NCBI GenBank assembly: GCA_963744095.1
Contig: CAVUSH010000003.1
Coordinates: forward strand, 90,821 to 154,820
Source of the DNA: an uncultured Chloroflexia bacterium
GTDB lineage: Bacteria > Chloroflexota > Limnocylindria > Limnocylindrales > CSP1-4
Length of the DNA: 64,000 nucleotides
Reading direction: 5' to 3'
Shown here: positions 56,914 through 64,000 of the stretch, in pieces
Position numbering within the stretch: position 1 is the first letter of the stretch
How the letters are laid out: each line of letters starts with the position of its first letter
Translations under genes and position numbers: made by a program
Notes under the pieces: generated by a model
Databases searched by the model: none
Seen by the model: only the letters and a program-made list of their open reading frames with translations
Told to the model about the DNA's origin: nothing

Positions 56914-57894
56914 TCAGCCGCCGTGGACCGGCGTCACCCAGTGCGCGTACGCCGGCACGTTGCCACGGACGATGTCGAAGTAGCGGTCCTTGATCCGCCG
57001 GGTGATCGGGCCCACGGTTCCGGTGCCGAGCGAGCGACGATCGACCTCGACGATCGGGCTGATCTGGGCGCCGGTGCCGCAGAAGAAGGCCTCGTCGGCG
57101 ACGTAGATCTCGGAGCGGTCGATGGAGCGCTCCACGACCCGCAGGCCCAGCTCGGCGCAGATCTCGATGATTCCGGCCCGGGTGATCCCCTCGAGGATGT
57201 CGTCCGTCACCGGCGGGGTGAGGAGCACCCCGTCGCGGACGACGAAGATGTTCTCGGCGGAGCCCTCGGAGATGTGGCCGTCCTCGGTGAGCACGAGGGC
57301 CTCGTCGTACCCGTTGAGCAGCGCCTCGGACTTGCTGAAGGCGGGGTTGACGTAGCTGCCCACGATCTTGGCCCGCGACGGGATGGCGGCGTCGCCAGTC
57401 CGGCGCCAGGAGACGGTGGCGATCTTCACCCCGACCGTGGTGTCGACGTAGTCGCCGAAGGGGAGGGCGAGGATGTAGTAGCGGTGCTCCAGCCCGTGGA
57501 GCTTCACGCCGATCGCCTGGGTGCTCTTGTAGAACGATGGCCGGACATAGGCGTCCTCGCGGAAGGCGTTGCGCCGGAGGACCTCGAGGGCCTCGCCCGT
57601 CAGCTGATCGACCGACGGCAGGTCCTGCATCAGGAGGATCCGGGCGGAGTCCCGGATCCGCTCCATGTGCTCACGCACCTTGAGGGCGTAGAGCTGGCCC
57701 TGCTCCGCGTTCCAGTACGCCCGGATCCCCTCGAACACGGCCGTTCCGTACATGAAGGCGTGGGTCATGATGCTGACGTTGGCCTCGCCGAGGGGAACGT
57801 AGCGGCCTTCGAACAGGCACGTCAGCGACGCGGTGTCGAGGGGGGCACCGGCCGCGCGCGGCGCGCGCCCGGCGGCGGGCTTCTGGGTGAGCAT
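56914..57894 (-). CDS. ilvE: branched-chain amino acid aminotransferase (class IV)
   Basis: FEGIRAY...K...ENIFVV...EAFFCGTGAQISPI motifs. AAGGGAG SD. A TATACT hexamer lies ~60 nt upstream. Confidence 0.85.
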   Translation of the reverse strand: MLTQKPAAGRAPRAAGAPLDTASLTCLFEGRYVPLGEANVSIMTHAFMYGTAVFEGIRAYWNAEQGQLYALKVREHMERIRDSARILLMQDLPSVDQLTGEALEVLRRNAFREDAYVRPSFYKSTQAIGVKLHGLEHRYYILALPFGDYVDTTVGVKIATVSWRRTGDAAIPSRAKIVGSYVNPAFSKSEALLNGYDEALVLTEDGHISEGSAENIFVVRDGVLLTPPVTDDILEGITRAGIIEICAELGLRVVERSIDRSEIYVADEAFFCGTGAQISPIVEVDRRSLGTGTVGPITRRIKDRYFDIVRGNVPAYAHWVTPVHGG

Positions 57895-58008
57895 CCGGTC
57901 GGCTCCCTTCGCGTGGTCTGGCGGGTCGGCGAATCCCGACGGCAGGCGACCCGAGTATAGACCGGCCGCCTGGCCGGATCGGGCCGGGCGTCCGCCGGTC
58001 CGTGTCCC

Positions 58009-59058
58009 TCAGGCCGCGCCGGCCATCGTGGCGAGGACGAGGCCGAGGTAGAGGACGTAGAAGGCGCCCCCGACCATCAGCCCGCGACCGGTGAGCCGCC
58101 CGCGCCGAAGTGCCGGCAGGACGACGGCCGCGAGCGACGCGGCGGCAATGCCCGCGGACAGGAAGGCGAGCAGGCTCCCCTCCTCGATCGTCCACGCCTG
58201 GGGGGCAAAGACCAGGGCCACGCTGGGGGGGATCGCGCCCTGGAAGACCATCGCCCCGGTGATGTTGCCGAGGGCGAGGTTGTCCTTGCCCTGGCGGACC
58301 CAGATGACGCTGTTGAACTTCTCGGGGAGCTCTGTCGCGATCGGAGCGATCACGAGCGCGAGGAGCGTCCCGTCGATGCCGAAGGCGCCGGCCACGCGCT
58401 CCACGGCGCCGACGAAGAACACCGCCCCGACGATGATGCAGGCGAGAGCGACGACGACCTGGAGCCCCACGACCCAGAGATGTGGAGGCCACTCGGGCTC
58501 GCGTCGCGCGGTTGGGCTCAGGTGGCGCAGGCGCAGCGGCTCGGGGTCCTCGAGGTCCTCGGCCCGGGCCACCCCGAGGTGAGACCGGACGTAGCGCGCG
58601 TACAGGAGGGCCAGGCCGATCGCGACCACCCACGACAGTGAGCGCAGGTCGTCCGGGAGGAAGGCCGCCCCGATGGCGATGGCATAGACGACGAAGAACG
58701 CCTGCGCATCCCGGGACAGCACCGCGAGGTCGACGTGCGCCCGCACGCCGGTCGGCCGTCGGCGGCGGAAGGCGAGGACGGCAAGGCCGGTCACGAACAT
58801 GGCGAGCGTGGCGAGCATGAACGGCGCGCCGAGGATCGCCCCCACCCCGATCGCGTCCCCCGCCGGCCCGGTCGCGAAGACGATCGCGATGATCGGGATC
58901 ATCGTCTCCGGCAGCGCGGTGCCGACCGCCGCGAGCACGCTCCCGACGGCACCCTCGGCGAGGTCGAAGTGCTTCCCCAGCCACTCGATGCCGTTCGTGA
59001 ACAGCTCGGCGCCGATCAGGATGACGCCCAGGGCGACGATGAGGATCAGGCCGTCCAC
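58009..59058 (-). CDS. Ca2+/cation antiporter (CaCA, Na+/Ca2+ exchanger) family membrane protein
   Basis: Two alpha-repeat regions (GAELFTNGIEWLG; GNITGAMVFQ) in ~10 TM helices. Confidence 0.8.
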   Translation of the reverse strand: MDGLILIVALGVILIGAELFTNGIEWLGKHFDLAEGAVGSVLAAVGTALPETMIPIIAIVFATGPAGDAIGVGAILGAPFMLATLAMFVTGLAVLAFRRRRPTGVRAHVDLAVLSRDAQAFFVVYAIAIGAAFLPDDLRSLSWVVAIGLALLYARYVRSHLGVARAEDLEDPEPLRLRHLSPTARREPEWPPHLWVVGLQVVVALACIIVGAVFFVGAVERVAGAFGIDGTLLALVIAPIATELPEKFNSVIWVRQGKDNLALGNITGAMVFQGAIPPSVALVFAPQAWTIEEGSLLAFLSAGIAAASLAAVVLPALRRGRLTGRGLMVGGAFYVLYLGLVLATMAGAA

Positions 59059-59061
59059 GGA

Positions 59062-59409
59062 TCAACCCGCCGCCAGGCCGGCGACGACGGCGAGGGCGAT
59101 CACGACGAGGACCGCCACGCCGAGGGCGGCCAGGCGCCGCTCCCCTGCCCGTCCGAAGCCCCAGGTGGACGCCGCCACGCGCAGGATCGGGGTCGCGATC
59201 GTCGCCATGAGCCCCAGCCAGAGGAAGGCCGTCGGCTCGAGGGCGAGGAGGTCGGCTGGCAGCGACGCCAGGTCGAGGGGTGGCCAGTCCGGCGTCAGCG
59301 GCGAGGTGCCCGCGGCGATCATCAGGAGGCTCCCGATGGCAAGGAGAGCGACGGCCGCGCGCGTCCCCACCGTCAGGATCCGGGCGATCCGCGTCTCCAC
59401 GCTGCTCAT
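59062..59409 (-). CDS. DUF1634 family small membrane protein
   Basis: 115 aa with three predicted TM helices. It is encoded immediately downstream of the TauE/SafE gene, the usual pairing. Confidence 0.6.
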   Translation of the reverse strand: MSSVETRIARILTVGTRAAVALLAIGSLLMIAAGTSPLTPDWPPLDLASLPADLLALEPTAFLWLGLMATIATPILRVAASTWGFGRAGERRLAALGVAVLVVIALAVVAGLAAG

Positions 59410-60257
59410 CCGAGTGCCCGCAGGGCCATCTCGGCGGCCGTCAGGGACAGGACGCCGACGAAGAGGAGGCGCAGGATCCGGACGTCGATCCGGGCTGCCA
59501 GGCGTGAGCCGACCAGCGCCCCCGCGAAGACGCCGACGGCGGTCGGGCCGGCGACGTATGGGTCGATCCCGCCCCGGACCAGGTAGACGACCGCCGAGGC
59601 GGCGGCGGTCACCCCGATCATGAGGTTGCTGGTGGCGGCGGCCGCCTTGAGGGGCACGCCCATGGCGAGGTGCATGAGCGGCACCTTCACGATGCCGCCC
59701 CCGACGCCGAGCAGCGCGGACAGGACCCCTGCGCCCAGGCTGCCGCCGGCGCCGGCAACCAGGCGTCGCGGGCGGTATCCGGGCCCGGCCACGTCGTCCG
59801 CGAGAGTTCGCGCCGGCGGGCTCGAATCCGGCCCCGCGTCCCGTGCGGCCCCCGCCCCGTCGACCGCCGCGTCGGGAGAGGGCGGCGCAACCGGGGCCCG
59901 GCTCCCGCGCGACATGGAGAACGCCGTGTAGGCGAGGAGCGCCGCGAAGAGGCCGGCAAGCACCCGCTCGGACAGGATGAACGCGACCAGCCCGCCCACG
60001 AGCGCGCCCGTGGCCGTGAAGACCTCGAGGAACATGCCGAGTCGCAGGTTCGCCGTGTGGCGCTCGAGGTAGACGCCCGCCGCGGCGCTGCTCGTCACGA
60101 TCACGCAGACGAGGCTGACCCCGACCGCTTCGCGGAACGGGACGCCGAAGCCCACGGTGAGCAGCGGGACGATGAGGATCCCGCCCCCGAGCCCGAGGAG
60201 CGAGCCGAAGACGCCGGCCCCGAAGCCGCCGGCGGCGAGGAGGAGCGCGACGATCAC
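59406..60257 (-). CDS. TSUP (TauE/SafE) family anion exporter
   Basis: Two internal repeats with GxGGG motifs (LLGLGGGILIVPLL; LLGVGGGIVKVPLM). Confidence 0.8.
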   Translation of the reverse strand: MIVALLLAAGGFGAGVFGSLLGLGGGILIVPLLTVGFGVPFREAVGVSLVCVIVTSSAAAGVYLERHTANLRLGMFLEVFTATGALVGGLVAFILSERVLAGLFAALLAYTAFSMSRGSRAPVAPPSPDAAVDGAGAARDAGPDSSPPARTLADDVAGPGYRPRRLVAGAGGSLGAGVLSALLGVGGGIVKVPLMHLAMGVPLKAAAATSNLMIGVTAAASAVVYLVRGGIDPYVAGPTAVGVFAGALVGSRLAARIDVRILRLLFVGVLSLTAAEMALRALG

Positions 60258-60291
60258 CCTGCGCTGGGCCGGCGGAGGGACCGGCGCGGCG

Positions 60292-60558
60292 TCAGGGCCG
60301 CAGGTGCTGCGGCGCGTACGGCAGCAACGCCACGGTCCGGGCTCGCTTCAGGGCGACCGCCAGCTCCCGCTGGTGGGCCGCACAGGTGCCGGTCTTGCGG
60401 CGCGGCTCGATCTTGGCCCGCTCGGAGAGATAGCGGCGCAGGCGGCTGACCTCCTTGTAGTCGATCTGGGGCGTCTTGTCGGCGCAGAAGGCGCAGACCT
60501 TGCGGCGCCGGCGATCGCGGTAGTAGTCGTCGCGCTTCTTCGATCGTGCAGGGGGCAT
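60292..60558 (-). CDS. rpsR: 30S ribosomal protein S18
   Basis: [36 protein letters not shown] motif. Confidence 0.9.
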   Translation of the reverse strand: MPPARSKKRDDYYRDRRRRKVCAFCADKTPQIDYKEVSRLRRYLSERAKIEPRRKTGTCAAHQRELAVALKRARTVALLPYAPQHLRP

Positions 60559-60585
60559 GGGAGGAAGGGCTCCTTGACGTGGTCG

Positions 60586-61047
60586 TCAGAACGGGAGGTC
60601 GTCGAGGTCGGACGGGACGTCCTCGGCGGGAGCGTCGCGGCGAACCGGCGACGACGCAGGGCGCGGGTCGGCGGGGAATGACGGGGCGGAGGCGCCCTCG
60701 CCCTCCTCGCGCCCACCCCGCTCGAGACTGATGACGTTGTCGGCGGTGATCTCGAGGGCCGTCCGCTTCTGGCCGTCGCGGCCCTCGAACTCGCGGGTGC
60801 GGAAGCGGCCCTCGACGAAGACCTTGTTCCCCTTGCGGAACTGCTCCGCGGCTCGCTCGCCGCGCTCGCCCCAGATGGTGACCCGGTACCAGTCGGTCCC
60901 CTGGTCCACCCATTCGCCGGATTGGGCGTCCTTTCCCCGGTGGGAGACGGCAACGCTGAACTCGGTCACCGGGCGCCCCGAGGGCGTATAGCGCATCTCG
61001 GGATCGCGCCCGAGGTTCCCGATGATCATCAGCTTGGCAAAGGCCAT
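60586..61047 (-). CDS. ssb: single-stranded DNA-binding protein
   Basis: OB-fold MAFAKLMIIGNLGRDPEMRYTPSGRPVTEFSVAV... with the acidic C-terminal tail DLDDLPF. The upstream part of ORF 60586..62661 is spurious. Confidence 0.9.
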   Translation of the reverse strand: MAFAKLMIIGNLGRDPEMRYTPSGRPVTEFSVAVSHRGKDAQSGEWVDQGTDWYRVTIWGERGERAAEQFRKGNKVFVEGRFRTREFEGRDGQKRTALEITADNVISLERGGREEGEGASAPSFPADPRPASSPVRRDAPAEDVPSDLDDLPF

Positions 61048-61060
61048 CGGATCGTCCCCC

Positions 61061-61480
61061 TCAGTCGGTGGCCGCCGGGGCGGCTTCACTCTCGGATTCG
61101 TCGATCCGCTCGCCCTGCAGCTCGTCCTCGACCTCGTCGCCGAGCTCGGGGACAAGGTCGCCGTCATCTCCCTTGTCGCGCGCGGCGCGGACGGGGCGGT
61201 CGACGCGAACGACGAGGTGCCGGAGCACCTCCTCGGTGATGAGGAGGGTGCGCTCCAGGTCGACGATCGACTCGGGGGGAGCATCGAAGTGGAGGATGTG
61301 GTACGAGCCTTCGCGGTACCGGTCGATCTGGTACGCGAGGCGGCGGCGGCCCCAGGGGGCCGTCTTGACGATCTGGCCGCCCGTCTCCGTGACGTGGCGG
61401 GTCGTCTTCTCCAGGACCGCCGAGATTCGGTCCTCCGGCGCGTCCGGCCGAAGGACGAGCATGAGCTCATAGCGGCGCAT
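61061..61480 (-). CDS. rpsF: 30S ribosomal protein S6 with acidic C-terminal tail
   Basis: MRRYELMLVLRPD...WGRRRLAYQI motif. The ATG at 61480 has an AGGAAGGAG SD. Confidence 0.9.
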   Translation of the reverse strand: MRRYELMLVLRPDAPEDRISAVLEKTTRHVTETGGQIVKTAPWGRRRLAYQIDRYREGSYHILHFDAPPESIVDLERTLLITEEVLRHLVVRVDRPVRAARDKGDDGDLVPELGDEVEDELQGERIDESESEAAPAATD

Positions 61481-61569
61481 GGCCGTGTCCGCTCCTTCCT
61501 GTGGGGTATGCCCCGCTCGGCGCGGCCGGAACCCGGCCCGTCCCCCGGCGGAGCAGAAAGGACCGCGGC

Positions 61570-61578
61570 AGCATACCA
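61570..61578 (-). promoter_or_regulatory. candidate extended -10 (TGGTATGCT) for the rpsF-ssb-rpsR operon
   Basis: Minus-strand TGGTATGCT lies ~90 nt upstream of the rpsF ATG. The leader contains the partially self-complementary GCATACC/GGTATGC segments. Confidence 0.3.
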
Positions 61579-61704
61579 CGGGGTGCCGGCCGGCCCGGCG
61601 AGAGGCCCGCAGCTCGGCCCCGGCGGGACGCTCCGGGCGGGGGGGCCGCACCGCGTGTATCCTTCGCCCCGATCAGAGCACGGAACCAGGGGACGCGCAG
61701 CACC

Positions 61705-62928
61705 GTGACGACCACGTCCATCCTTCTCCTCTCGGCGGTCGCCGAGGCTGCCGAGCCGCTGGCGGCCGCCCTGCGCGCGGCAGGCCACGAGGTCACCACC
61801 GTGGCCGACGCGGACGAGGCGATCCGGCGCGCCGGCGAGTTCACCCTCGTCACGATCGACGCCGTCGCGCCGCCGCGGAACGGCACGGAGGTCTGCACCG
61901 AGATCCGGCGCAACCCCTCGTTGACGGCGATTCCGGTCCTTTGCGTCTCCCAGAAGTACGACGTGGAGGAGCGTGTCCGCTTCCTGGAGGCGGGCGCCGA
62001 CGACGTGATTGCCCGGCCCTTCGACCCACGTGAGCTCGAGGCGCGCGTGGAGGGGCTCCTCATCCGCTTCAGGCGCTCTCGCGACCATGCGCCCCAGACG
62101 GGCGGGGAGACCCCGCTGGCCGGCCCCCGGCACCTGATCGCGTGCTTCAGCCCCAAGGGAGGCGTCGGGACCACCACGATCGCGGTCAACATCGCGATGG
62201 CCCTGGCGGAGCTGGCGCCCGCCCAGGTTGCCATCCTGGATCTCGACGTCGACTTCGGCCAGGTGGCCACTCACGTCAACCTGAAGCCGCGCCTGACCGT
62301 GGCGGACCTCGCCCAGGACGACGGGGGGATGCGGGACCAGGAGCTGCTCCGGACCTACGCCGAGATGGTCGAGCCCGGGCTGCATGTGATCGCGGCCCCG
62401 GCGACGCCCGAGACGGGGCGGCTGATCACCGGCGCCCACGTCGACCAGATCCTCACGACGGCTCTGCTCGGGTACGGCACCCTCGTCGTCGACGCCGGCT
62501 CCACGCTGGACGAGCGGTCGCTCGCGGTCCTGGACCGGGCCGAAGCCGTCATCGTGCCCATCGTCCCCGAGATCGGGGCCCTGAAGGCGCTGCACAGCTT
62601 CCTCGAATACCTGACCGAGCAGGGCACCGTGCCCGCCAAATCCACGTTCGTCCTGAACCACCTCTTCGCCCGCGACATGCTCTCCATGAGACAGATCGAG
62701 AACTCCATCGCCGCAAAGGTCGATGCCGAGCTGCCGTACGACCCGGGCCTCTACCTGAAGGCCGTCAACGAGGGCGTGCCTCTCCTGCGGGGCGCGCCCG
62801 CGTCCGCACCCGCTCGCGCCCTCGCGCGCCTCGCGACGCTCACGGCCGGTGCCGACGTGGTGGGCGACGCCGGCCGCGAGGCGAAACGTGGCGTCGGCAT
62901 CCTCGGAGGATTGCGCCGGCGCGGCTGA
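61705..62928 (+). CDS. TadZ/CpaE-like protein: N-terminal pseudo-receiver domain + MinD/ParA-type ATPase domain with degenerate Walker A
   Basis: GTG start. The REC-like domain lacks the N-terminal acidic pair (ILLLSAVAE). The ATPase domain has FSPKGGVGTTTIAVNIA, in which the second Lys of the deviant Walker A KGGxGK[ST] is replaced by Thr. A D-x-D Walker B-like motif is also present. Confidence 0.7.
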   Translation: MTTTSILLLSAVAEAAEPLAAALRAAGHEVTTVADADEAIRRAGEFTLVTIDAVAPPRNGTEVCTEIRRNPSLTAIPVLCVSQKYDVEERVRFLEAGADDVIARPFDPRELEARVEGLLIRFRRSRDHAPQTGGETPLAGPRHLIACFSPKGGVGTTTIAVNIAMALAELAPAQVAILDLDVDFGQVATHVNLKPRLTVADLAQDDGGMRDQELLRTYAEMVEPGLHVIAAPATPETGRLITGAHVDQILTTALLGYGTLVVDAGSTLDERSLAVLDRAEAVIVPIVPEIGALKALHSFLEYLTEQGTVPAKSTFVLNHLFARDMLSMRQIENSIAAKVDAELPYDPGLYLKAVNEGVPLLRGAPASAPARALARLATLTAGADVVGDAGREAKRGVGILGGLRRRG

Positions 62929-62932
62929 GAGG

Positions 62933-63322
62933 TCAGCCGGTCACCTTCACCTGGCCGGCCTGGACGATCGAGATGACGCCGCCCCACGCGCACGCGCACG
63001 TCGAGGTGCTCGTCAGGACCGGGACGCCACCCGCGCTGACCTTCGGGGACCCGGGTGTCCACGGCGCGGTGATGACCGGGACGCACGGTTGGGGGGTCAG
63101 GACGCCGGACGCGGCCGAGGTGGCCGCCGCGACCTGCGGGTTCGATGGCGTCGTGCACATGCCGAATGGCGAAACGTTGGCCATCGGGGCGAAGTCAACG
63201 ACCCGCGCCAGGAGCTGGCCTCCCACCTGGAGAATCGGGCCGGACGGGATCACCGCGAGCGTGGATGGCGCGACCCCGAACGTGCAGGTCACCTGGGCCC
63301 CGTTGACGACGAGGTCCGGCAT
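62933..63322 (-). CDS. DUF4280 (PAAR-like) domain protein, standalone, ~129 aa
   Basis: MPDLVVNGAQVTCTFGVAPSTLAVIP...PMANVSPFGMCTTPSNPQVAAATSAASGVLTPQPCVPVITAPWTPGS...STCACAWGGVISIVQAGQ matches the DUF4280 consensus. The ATG at 63322 has a GGGGAGG SD. An alternative GTG lies at 63349. Confidence 0.7.
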   Translation of the reverse strand: MPDLVVNGAQVTCTFGVAPSTLAVIPSGPILQVGGQLLARVVDFAPMANVSPFGMCTTPSNPQVAAATSAASGVLTPQPCVPVITAPWTPGSPKVSAGGVPVLTSTSTCACAWGGVISIVQAGQVKVTG

Positions 63323-63530
63323 GCGCGGCCTCCCCTGCTCCGCCGGCACGGCTCGTGCGGCTGGGCCGAGTGTCGCATGCCTCGCGCTTCCCGAACGGGC
63401 ACGAGTTGCCGCCTCGGGGGGCGAGCCCTGCGCGGTCGGCGGAACGGCCCCCGAATGGAGTGGATCACCCCGGGTCGCCCGTCCGTCCCCATCACGCCGA
63501 GGCGGAGCGGGCTTGCCGGGCGGGCCGGGG

Positions 63531-64000
63531 CTACTTCACCTGCTGCTTCGAAACCGCGGTGGCGTACTGGTTGATCTGCCCGGCCGTCACCTTGTCGATG
63601 AGCGTCCAGCCCCACGCGCCCGTCGTCCAGAACTTCGTGCCGGGGCACTTCGGAACCCGGCTGGAGAGGACCCGCGTCTGCAAGTCCTTGCCGGTCGCGG
63701 CGACGACCACGCGAACCGTCACCTTGTCCTGGGATCGAACGACCTCGCCGACCTCTCCGCCCTCCGTCTTGTAGAGACCGCACGAGCCCACCTTCTTCTC
63801 GTCATGGCGAGCGCACACGACGAGCTGAATCGGGCTCGGCCATCGCCAGCCGCCCGCCCGGAAGTCCTCGTTGATGGCCACGTCGTAGGCCAGCCACGCG
63901 TTGTTCATGTCGACGACGACGAGGGGATGAACCTTGCCGGCATACGGCGCGGCTCCCGGCACGGGCGTCCCGCGGTAGCAGGCATCCCACAGCTCGATCT
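63531..64000 (-). CDS. C-terminal portion of a larger hypothetical protein (ORF continues past the window end)
   Basis: The frame is open from 64000 down to the stop at 63531 (…IELWDACYRGTPVPGAAPYAGKVHPLVVVDMNNAWLAYDVAINEDF…KCPGTKFWTTGAWGWTLIDK…). The ORF track start at 63962 is only an internal GTG. No recognisable family. Confidence 0.5.
   Translation of the reverse strand, partial: IELWDACYRGTPVPGAAPYAGKVHPLVVVDMNNAWLAYDVAINEDFRAGGWRWPSPIQLVVCARHDEKKVGSCGLYKTEGGEVGEVVRSQDKVTVRVVVAATGKDLQTRVLSSRVPKCPGTKFWTTGAWGWTLIDKVTAGQINQYATAVSKQQVK

Noticed and set aside
58009-60257. Transporter trio (CaCA antiporter, DUF1634, TauE/SafE) between ilvE and rpsR as a possible island.
   Set aside because: DUF1634-TauE/SafE is a common conserved pair, and CaCA is an ordinary transporter. 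There are no mobility signatures or compositional break visible by eye.
1-64000. CRISPR arrays, IS elements/transposases, integrases, prophage genes, rRNA/tRNA genes.
   Set aside because: I could see none on either strand. The only direct repeats are the short ones at 4623-4656, and the intergenic regions are short and promoter- or terminator-like. A covariance-model scan (tRNAscan/Infernal) would be needed to exclude small ncRNAs definitively.

Overview
This is a very GC-rich bacterial chromosomal segment of roughly 70% GC. About 68 genes are densely packed, and all but four lie on the minus strand. Almost everything is conserved housekeeping, and the content reads like a concatenation of classic conserved operons. 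Those blocks are asd; pnp-rpsO; ribF-truB-nrnA-rbfA-infB-ylxR-nusA; ispG-rseP-dxr-cdsA-uppS-frr-pyrH-tsf-rpsB; yraN-rnhB-rplS-trmD-rimM-KH-rpsP-(unknown)-ffh-ftsY-smc-rnc-acpP-nusB-asp23-plsX-rpmF-yceD; coaD-rsmD-recG-yloV-yloU; rpmB; dtd-rpe-rlmN-fmt-def; priA-gmk-rluD-lspA-ileS; an LCP gene; ilvE; transporters; and rpsF-ssb-rpsR. No rRNA, tRNA, CRISPR array or mobile element is recognisable by eye. The gene content points to a high-GC Gram-positive-type (Terrabacteria) lineage, possibly Actinobacteriota or Chloroflexota, but this is an inference; the supporting traits are the LCP protein, Asp23/DAK2 pairs, a type-2 IleS, a short IF-2, a short EF-Ts, leaderless-looking starts and several GTG/CTG-type starts. 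The most unusual items are listed in order. (1) A polynucleotide phosphorylase carrying a complete DnaQ-like DEDDh 3'-5' exonuclease domain inserted between its two RNase-PH domains. (2) At the 3' edge of the window, a small cluster that does not look like housekeeping: a TadZ/CpaE-like pseudo-receiver-ATPase with a degenerate Walker A, a standalone DUF4280 (PAAR-like) protein, and the C-terminal end of a larger unknown protein. (3) A ~600-aa Ala/Gly-rich membrane-anchored protein inserted into the normally invariant ffh-rpsP junction. (4) Ribulose-phosphate 3-epimerase with a C-terminal minimal-nucleotidyltransferase-like extension. (5) An apparent -1 frameshift in truB inside a G-run. (6) Several conserved proteins (rimM, rnc, ylxR) whose conserved N-termini are encoded upstream of any ATG/GTG/TTG.
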